In this document: piece by piece, positions 14,487 to 20,000 of the stretch | Layout: each line of letters begins with the position of its first letter | Position numbering within the stretch: the stretch's first letter is position 1 | IMG/VR virus record: IMGVR_UViG_3300045926_000127 | Origin: an uncultured virus (IMG/VR IMGVR_UViG_3300045926_000127) | Taxonomy: Duplodnaviria; Heunggongvirae; Uroviricota; Caudoviricetes | Length of the DNA: 20,000 bases | Reading direction: 5' to 3' (one strand) | Notes under the pieces: model-generated | What the model saw: only the letters and a program-made list of their open reading frames with translations | Databases searched by the model: none | What the model was told of the DNA's origin: nothing | Made by a program: the position numbers and the translations under genes

Positions 14487-15484
14487 GGCTCCTCCACCCA
14501 TAGCGGAGCGAAGCCCTCGCGCTTCTCGCGCTGATTCCCTTCGCCGTACGGAGGATAGGAGGCGGCGCGAACGATCTCATAGAACTTGTCGGGCTTCTCG
14601 CTATGCGCTCCGCGCGGCGCCTCGAACCATGTCGCAATGCTCGAAGCGGCCGGGCGCGTCGTCGTCTCGCCGAACGTCGCAAAAATGACGTGCTCGGTAT
14701 CGTTGCGGAAATAGGAGCCCAGCCCGAACGGCGGCGGCTTATGCCATGTCAGAATTGTGCGATGCTGAAAGCCCCAACCCTCGATCAGCTTGCCAGCCTC
14801 GTACATGAAATTGTTGGTCACCCAGCAATAGAGATGCGTGCCGCTCTCATGGTCGCACCATTGCTTGAGGTCGAGCGCGCGCAATTGGTCGAGCGACTGC
14901 ATGGCGTAGCCGGGCTTCGCGCGGCCAGCAATTGAGAGCCAGTCGTACTCCCACGCCGGGTCGATCACGAGCGTGCGATATATGCCCGGCTTCGGCACCA
15001 GCTTGAGCACGCGCTCCTCGTCGGCTTTGACGCGAGCGAGGCGTAGCTCCTTGCTGACATCCGAGCGGCCCATGTCCGACCTGATCGTCCCGTCGCGCAA
15101 TAGCTTGCCGAAGGTTCGGTCGTCGAGCCGGGTCAGCAAATAGAGGGTGTTGTATGAGCCCGGCAAAACGTTATCACTGATAACGTTTTGAAGCCGCTCG
15201 CTCCGCGTCACGATCATGATCATGCGTGCGGTCATCGGGGAGAACTCTAGGTCGTCGCGGACCATTTGCTGAAACTCGCCATGCGGCAACTCCTCCTTAT
15301 CCGCCATCAACTGGCGGCCGATAGCGAACACGCCCTCGACTGTGTTGGTCTGAAACTCCCGCCACATTGCATTCAAGCGGCTTGCGCGTTGCTTGCGCGT
15401 TGCCGCCTTGTCCCTCTTGCGCGGCGGGAGCACCACAACATTGCCGCGCCTCGGCGGTATTGGCAGCTTGGTCGCCCTCGCCAT
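14483..15484 (-). CDS. MT-A70 family adenine methyltransferase with a DUF3102-like N-terminal domain
   Basis: YRTLVIDPAW, LYCWVTN, WGF...LTWHK, GLGSYFRNDTEH, HSEKP; N-terminal IGRQL..KEELPHGEF...MTARMIM. Confidence 0.9.
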   Translation of the reverse strand: MARATKLPIPPRRGNVVVLPPRKRDKAATRKQRASRLNAMWREFQTNTVEGVFAIGRQLMADKEELPHGEFQQMVRDDLEFSPMTARMIMIVTRSERLQNVISDNVLPGSYNTLYLLTRLDDRTFGKLLRDGTIRSDMGRSDVSKELRLARVKADEERVLKLVPKPGIYRTLVIDPAWEYDWLSIAGRAKPGYAMQSLDQLRALDLKQWCDHESGTHLYCWVTNNFMYEAGKLIEGWGFQHRTILTWHKPPPFGLGSYFRNDTEHVIFATFGETTTRPAASSIATWFEAPRGAHSEKPDKFYEIVRAASYPPYGEGNQREKREGFAPLWVEEP

Positions 15485-15506
15485 GAAACCAAACCCTCTC
15501 CGCTGG

Positions 15507-15515
15507 TGTTATGAT
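15507..15515 (+). promoter_or_regulatory. Extended -10 element for the plus-strand membrane protein gene
   Basis: TG-T-TATGAT about 30 nt upstream of ATG 15546. Confidence 0.45.
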
Positions 15516-15545
15516 GGCGCTCCACTTTGCGATAGGAGATCGCCT

Positions 15546-15791
15546 ATGTGCTGGTCCCTTGCATGGTTAGCGAACCTGATCGTTTGGCTGATTATCGCCG
15601 CGACCATTATCGCCGTTCTGCGCCTTCTTATCCCTTGGCTGCTCGGCTTGCTTGGCATCGGCGGGCCGATTCCGCAGATCGTCAACATTATCCTCGTCGC
15701 GGCAATTGCCATTGTCGCGGTGATGGTGGTGTTCGCCTTGCTGGCTTGCCTGACCGGCGGCGGCTACGCGCTCCCGCCGGTACTTCGCTAG
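15546..15791 (+). CDS. Small two-TM membrane protein, 81 aa, on the opposite strand (moron-like)
   Basis: AGGAG RBS; two long hydrophobic helices separated by GGPIPQ. Confidence 0.8.
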   Translation: MCWSLAWLANLIVWLIIAATIIAVLRLLIPWLLGLLGIGGPIPQIVNIILVAAIAIVAVMVVFALLACLTGGGYALPPVLR

Positions 15792-16040
15792 CTCGCCGCG
15801 CGCTCGCTGGATTTTGAGAAGCCCCTCGTCGCCCGCCACCGCGTGGCATTCGGCGTCTGTAAGCTCGCGGAGCCGCAAGCCTTCGCCGAATGCCATCAGA
15901 TGCCCGCAATAGAAACAGACCGTGAGGGCGCCGGGACGAGGCGCCGCCTCGCCGAACGCCGCCGTGCTCGCGTCGCACATTTCGCCGCATGCGAGACAAT
16001 GGTCGGGCTCAAGCCGCGTCATGACCGGCGGCGGCTTCAT
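15567..16040 (-). CDS. Hypothetical CxxC...CxxC zinc-binding protein
   Basis: CLAC...PRPGALTVCFYCGH; ATGA coupling; the C-terminal tail overlaps the plus-strand membrane gene. Confidence 0.65.
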   Translation of the reverse strand: MKPPPVMTRLEPDHCLACGEMCDASTAAFGEAAPRPGALTVCFYCGHLMAFGEGLRLRELTDAECHAVAGDEGLLKIQRARGELAKYRRERVAAAGQASQQGEHHHHRDNGNCRDEDNVDDLRNRPADAKQAEQPRDKKAQNGDNGRGDNQPNDQVR

Positions 16041-16276
16041 TGCACGCGACTCACAGCGCGCTCGGCCGCGTCAATGATCTTGTCTAGCTCCTCGCGCATG
16101 CGGCGGGCGCCAAACAAATCCACGACCAAATAGGCGACGCCCTGCAATGCTTTCGGTCCCGGCGTGACCGACATCGCGACCGACGCCAATTGCACGGCGA
16201 TAAAGCCCTCGGCATTATTGCCGAAGCGCACTTCGTCGCAACGCTGGCCTTGCACTTCAAACTTCTCATCCGACAT
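16037..16276 (-). CDS. Hypothetical protein, 79 aa
   Basis: GGAGGAG RBS; coupled to neighbours. Confidence 0.7.
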   Translation of the reverse strand: MSDEKFEVQGQRCDEVRFGNNAEGFIAVQLASVAMSVTPGPKALQGVAYLVVDLFGARRMREELDKIIDAAERAVSRVQ

Positions 16277-16631
16277 TGGCTCCTCCCTTTTTGTCGTCCA
16301 GCAACGGCACCACCGTGATCGAATAAATGCAGCCGTCGCCCTTGGCGCGGTCGCACCATGCGAGCGCTTGCTCATGGGTCCAGAAGGCCGCGTAAAAGGT
16401 CAGCGTCGACGGCTGGCCCGCGCCCTTGCCCGGCATCGCGAAGGCAACCGCTACCGTTCCGTCATGAAGCGGCGGCGGAGCCGCGAGCGAGGAGGCGAGC
16501 GTTTGCAGATCCACAGGCACTTGCGGCGCGGCCCCATTGCGCCACGCCAGCGCTTCGAGCGCATCGACCTCGCGCCGCCGGAGCGCGAGCAATTCCTGAT
16601 CGTAGCCTAAGAAGCGCGACAAGACTCCCAT
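16266..16631 (-). CDS. Hypothetical protein, 121 aa
   Basis: AAGGAGG RBS before ATG 16631. Confidence 0.7.
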   Translation of the reverse strand: MGVLSRFLGYDQELLALRRREVDALEALAWRNGAAPQVPVDLQTLASSLAAPPPLHDGTVAVAFAMPGKGAGQPSTLTFYAAFWTHEQALAWCDRAKGDGCIYSITVVPLLDDKKGGANVG

Positions 16632-16644
16632 GGCGTCCCCTCCT

Positions 16645-17034
16645 TCATGGCCCGAGCACGGCGCGCGCTTGCGCCCAGCTTTCATAAAACTCGACCTCGG
16701 GCATGCTGTGAAAAACATTCTCGCGATAGCCGACCACGATCACCCGCTTATGCAAGGCCAGCGCTATGCCAAACTCGACATGCCGCCCGCCGCGATTACT
16801 CGACGGCGCGCGCGGCTCCTCTGTGAAGGAGATCACACAGTCGGCCAGCAAGACGTCGCTGTAGTCCTCATAGGCGAAGCGCGCCCGCTCCTCCGCCGGG
16901 TGATCGCGGTCGGCAATTTGATGCCCGCCATTGACCCAGCGCGACGTGACGAAATGCCCGAACGCCTTTAGCTCCTCGCGCTTCTCTTGCATTTCGGCGA
17001 GGCGCGAATAGCGAGCCGCGAGATAGATCAGCAT
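16645..17034 (-). CDS. Nucleoside 2-deoxyribosyltransferase / dNMP N-glycosidase-like protein
   Basis: IYLAA, D...ADCVI, GGRHVEFGIA (catalytic Glu), KRVIVVG..ENVFH. Confidence 0.82.
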   Translation of the reverse strand: MLIYLAARYSRLAEMQEKREELKAFGHFVTSRWVNGGHQIADRDHPAEERARFAYEDYSDVLLADCVISFTEEPRAPSSNRGGRHVEFGIALALHKRVIVVGYRENVFHSMPEVEFYESWAQARAVLGP

Positions 17035-17111
17035 CAGCGATACCCCGTTGTCAGCATGAGAATTGCCAAGATCACGACCGTTGCGATCAGCATGAGAAGG
17101 ATCACGCGCAT
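17034..17111 (-). CDS. 25-aa single-TM microprotein (absent from ORF track)
   Basis: MRVILLMLIATVVILAILMLTTGYR; TGATG coupling to the NDT-like gene. Confidence 0.58.
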   Translation of the reverse strand: MRVILLMLIATVVILAILMLTTGYR

Positions 17112-17117
17112 TTCGGC

Positions 17118-17324
17118 TCATCCCTTCACAAACGGCTCGCTCGGCAACGGCCTCGGCGGCGCCGGGTCGTCCTTGCGCGGCGGAAAGCGCTTGTCGAATT
17201 CCTCCAACGCATGATCCGCCCACTGGGACGGCGTTGCTCCCGAAGGCCCGCCCGAGCGCCCGATGGCTTCCGCAAACACCCGCATCCAAAACTTCACCCG
17301 CAATTTCTCCCGCTCGGTGGTCAT
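17118..17324 (-). CDS. Hypothetical protein, 68 aa
   Basis: ATGA-coupled ORF in the operon. Confidence 0.65.
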   Translation of the reverse strand: MTTEREKLRVKFWMRVFAEAIGRSGGPSGATPSQWADHALEEFDKRFPPRKDDPAPPRPLPSEPFVKG

Positions 17325-17569
17325 TGCCCGGCCCCCCGCTGGATGAGCGCTGCTGTCATTTCTTCATCGGTCGGCTCGCGCAGCAAATAACCCGGCGCAT
17401 TGCTGACCACCGTGAAGTCCGCGAACTCGATTTTGTAGCGGCTCAAGTCCGTTCCGCTCCCGGCTTGCAACTCGGCGTCGGCGCGGCTTTCGACCTCGGC
17501 AATTTTACCGACCATCTTTCGGCCGATATCGAACACGAACTCCTCCGCCTCGAATCGCCTCACCGTCAT
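17321..17569 (-). CDS. Hypothetical protein, 82 aa
   Basis: GGAGAGG RBS; ATGA overlaps. Confidence 0.7.
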   Translation of the reverse strand: MTVRRFEAEEFVFDIGRKMVGKIAEVESRADAELQAGSGTDLSRYKIEFADFTVVSNAPGYLLREPTDEEMTAALIQRGAGQ

Positions 17570-17994
17570 TGCCCTCTCCGTTGGAACGGCGCGGGCTCCG
17601 GCCAGCGCCACAGCACTTCGCCGCCCGCCGCCATGAATGGCCGCACGATCTCGTCCGCCGCTATCGCCGCCTCGATCTCAAGCACGCTGCCGAACCAGCG
17701 CACGCGCTCCGGCATGACTTCGAGATCGCACGCCACGTCGCACTTCTCTTGATAGAGCACCGCCTTGCCCGCAATGAGCGCCCGGCCGAGCGCGAAGTAG
17801 CGTTGCTCCTCCGGCGGCTCATGCAAGCCGAACTCGTAGACCGCATAGCCAACCACGTTCTCGCCGAAGCGCTGCAAGCAACCATGGTCGACTTGATTCC
17901 ATTTCAGCCCAACGAGAAAGAACGCGTTGTGCAAATCCTCCGCGTGGATGAACGCCGCGCGCTGCTCCCACGGGTCGATCAAACCGAAACGCAT
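17566..17994 (-). CDS. Hypothetical protein, 142 aa
   Basis: GGAGGAG RBS; globular-looking sequence MRFGLIDP...VDHG...WRWP. Confidence 0.75.
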   Translation of the reverse strand: MRFGLIDPWEQRAAFIHAEDLHNAFFLVGLKWNQVDHGCLQRFGENVVGYAVYEFGLHEPPEEQRYFALGRALIAGKAVLYQEKCDVACDLEVMPERVRWFGSVLEIEAAIAADEIVRPFMAAGGEVLWRWPEPAPFQRRGQ

Positions 17995-18008
17995 GCTCCT
18001 CCTCCATG

Positions 18009-18281
18009 TCAGTGCAAGCGGTGATCTTCGTCCGCTGGTGGCGGCGGCGGCGCGCGCCGCTCGACGCGCGTGCTTCGCTCGATGCCTTGCTCGGTGATAT
18101 TGAGCGTGATCACCAGCGTGTCGCCGGAGCGCAATACAAATTCCGGTTGCCATTCCGGCGGCTTGAGCGGCGGCGGCGGCTTGAGCGGGCGGAAGTAACG
18201 CCACAGCGAGCGCGCCGCCTCGCGCCATGAAAATGAAAAAAGCGGCGCGTTCAACCTGATCGGCTTTCCCTTCTTCGGCAT
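18009..18281 (-). CDS. Hypothetical Pro-rich protein, 90 aa
   Basis: GGAGGAG RBS before ATG 18281. Confidence 0.6.
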   Translation of the reverse strand: MPKKGKPIRLNAPLFSFSWREAARSLWRYFRPLKPPPPLKPPEWQPEFVLRSGDTLVITLNITEQGIERSTRVERRAPPPPPADEDHRLH

Positions 18282-18297
18282 CGCTTTGCTCCTCCCC

Positions 18298-18516
18298 TCA
18301 TGCCGCGCCGCGCCCGAGGCAATTGTCCCCGCGCGCGCCGATGCTCTTCTCCTCGACGCGCTTATCGAGCGTGCGCCCGAGCGCTGTGTGCTTCTCGCAT
18401 GACCAGCCATTCGGGCCGCACGTCAAATAGCGGCAGCACTCGCGCCCTTGCCCGACCTTGCAAACCGTCTTGGCCCACTCGGCGGTCGGCGGCTCGAAGC
18501 TTTCATAGGCCGCCAT
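18298..18516 (-). CDS. Small Cys-rich hypothetical protein, 72 aa
   Basis: VCKVGQGRECCRYL...CEK...ARGDNC; TGATG coupling; GAGGAGG RBS. Confidence 0.75.
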   Translation of the reverse strand: MAAYESFEPPTAEWAKTVCKVGQGRECCRYLTCGPNGWSCEKHTALGRTLDKRVEEKSIGARGDNCLGRGAA

Positions 18517-18959
18517 CACGCCCCCTCCTCGCACACGATATCCTCGACGACGACCAGCTTGGCTATCGCCTCGTAGTGCAAGCGCACGATCTCCGGACGC
18601 AATTCCTTCGCATGCCCGGCGAGCCATATCGCCGTAAGGTCCGCGAGGACCGCGCCTTGAACCTCCGGCCCGAGGCCCGCCAACATGCGGCGTATTTGCT
18701 CCGCAAGCGCCATAGCGTTGTAGGCCCGCTCCTTCGCCGCCTCGCGCTCCTCCTTGCTCGGTGGCATGCTGTCCCGCCATTCTTCATGTTCGCGCATCCG
18801 CTCGCTCTCCTCCTTCGTGAACCACACTCGCCCACCAAGATCGCGGCCAAGTAATTTTTCAGCGGCGTCGCGCGGGATATAGCCGGGCGGCTTCGGCGCG
18901 CCCGCAAACACCGCGTTGCCCCACGCGCTCTCGATCACAAGCCACTCGCGCCCGCTCAT
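18516..18959 (-). CDS. Hypothetical protein (alternative GTG start at 19019)
   Basis: Open frame coupled to the downstream gene; GPEVQGAVLADLTAIWLAGH segment. Confidence 0.7.
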   Translation of the reverse strand: MSGREWLVIESAWGNAVFAGAPKPPGYIPRDAAEKLLGRDLGGRVWFTKEESERMREHEEWRDSMPPSKEEREAAKERAYNAMALAEQIRRMLAGLGPEVQGAVLADLTAIWLAGHAKELRPEIVRLHYEAIAKLVVVEDIVCEEGA

Positions 18960-19015
18960 CGCTTGCCGTCCCTTCGCCGCGAGGCGCTCGCCGCTTGCTC
19001 CAGCATGCGTACTGT

Positions 19016-19486
19016 TCACACAGCTTGAGAAAGCTTAATCAACTGGTTGCCGACGCGGATACAGTCTTGGCCTTTCCCAACAAGGTATGCGCCAGCCTCA
19101 CTGATCTGCTCCTTCGATAGCGCGTCTGGTTCTAGGGCTACGAATTCACCGAGCGACGGAATGAACACACGAAGCCGATCAATGTCCCGAATTAATGGAC
19201 GCAGATGATCCGCCCACATCTCGATCTGCTCCTCCGTGCAGCCGTGATAGACGCCATCATCATCCGCCTTCTTCAACAAGGCCCGAACCTCAACCCCCAA
19301 CCCTACCGATAAAAGGTGACGACGAATTTGCTTGTCATCCTCGATCTGATTCAGAAAACGACCGAGCGTCATGATCTTGCGCGTGACCGAGGACTGCTGG
19401 TTCGGCCGGTCGCAAGTGATCCGTGCCTCATGGATAATGGAGCGAACGCGCTTGGTTACTGACCTCAACGGCTTTCGCTTGCTCAT
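19016..19486 (-). CDS. Hypothetical protein, 156 aa, lower GC
   Basis: ATGA overlap with the upstream gene; GGAG RBS. Confidence 0.75.
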   Translation of the reverse strand: MSKRKPLRSVTKRVRSIIHEARITCDRPNQQSSVTRKIMTLGRFLNQIEDDKQIRRHLLSVGLGVEVRALLKKADDDGVYHGCTEEQIEMWADHLRPLIRDIDRLRVFIPSLGEFVALEPDALSKEQISEAGAYLVGKGQDCIRVGNQLIKLSQAV

Positions 19487-19998
19487 GATTTCAACTCCCT
19501 ATGCCAAAGCGTGAGATTTGATCGCGCTTGTTCGCATTCCTCGATAAGTTCCGCCACGCGATAGGAATCGCGTTTGGCAAGAACACCCAAACCACAATGC
19601 GGAAGCGATGCTAGGTGGCGGACGGCTTGCGTCCAGTCGAGGTATTCATTTCGGAACGGCTCAGGCTCAACACGCTTACTCTTAACCGTCCCCAACTCCG
19701 CTAGCTCTTTCACTGTAGCTGGCGGTGATGCCTCAACCCGCTCCTCGAACGCCTCCTCCGGGACGCTCGCAACGCGAAGCATCTGCTTCGCTTGGTCCGG
19801 CTTGATGCCAGCATTTTTTGCAGCGGCCTTCCGAGAAAGGGGACCCGGGTCTCCTTTCTTCGGCTTGATCTGTTTCAGCAGTTCACCGCCGCGCCGGATC
19901 GCGCGATCACGTATCCGCTGCGCCTTGTCTTCAAGATCATGATCGTTCGCTTGCTTGGCATAGCTCTTGAGTGCCAGCGCCTTGTCCGCCCAATTCTT
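19483..19998 (-). CDS. Phage helical protein (5' partial) of the KDWADKA.AL.SYAKQA...RAIRR.GELL type, with a possible HTH
   Basis: Frame open from the window edge: KNWADKALALKSYAKQANDHDLEDKAQRIRDRAIRRGGELLKQI...SRKAAAKNAGIKPDQAKQMLRVA. Confidence 0.75.
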   Translation of the reverse strand, partial: KNWADKALALKSYAKQANDHDLEDKAQRIRDRAIRRGGELLKQIKPKKGDPGPLSRKAAAKNAGIKPDQAKQMLRVASVPEEAFEERVEASPPATVKELAELGTVKSKRVEPEPFRNEYLDWTQAVRHLASLPHCGLGVLAKRDSYRVAELIEECEQARSNLTLWHRELKS

Positions 19999-20000
19999 GC

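Noticed and set aside
1..20000. tRNA, rRNA, integrase or IS elements
   Set aside because: No cloverleaf/T-loop signatures or recombinase/transposase motifs noticed by eye

Overview
GC-rich segment of a tailed dsDNA phage or prophage with an HK97-like packaging module, probably from an alphaproteobacterial host (inferred from gene families and promoter style). Most genes are on the minus strand. In transcription order (right to left): a run of small early/accessory ORFs including a nucleoside 2-deoxyribosyltransferase-like gene; an MT-A70 methyltransferase coupled to a PD-(D/E)xK-like nuclease; an SF2 helicase; more small ORFs; a translationally coupled putative modification operon (ParB/Srx, amino-methyltransferase, GNAT-like + 2OG-Fe(II) dioxygenase fusion, PLP fold-II enzyme); then HNH nuclease, probable cos region, small and large terminase, and a prohead protease-major capsid fusion running off the left edge. 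Between the modification operon and the HNH gene is an oppositely oriented five-gene cassette (3477-6129). It is built from repeated regulatory modules (22-bp palindrome, conserved -35/-10-like promoter, G-loop hairpin, CCAGAAGGA RBS) and ends in a 388-aa Lys/Ala-rich histone-H1-like protein and an intrinsic terminator. The two best candidates for undescribed systems are this modular cassette at the predicted first-ejected genome end and the four-gene modification operon with its split ParB/MTase. All family assignments come from motif recognition by eye; no database searches were run.
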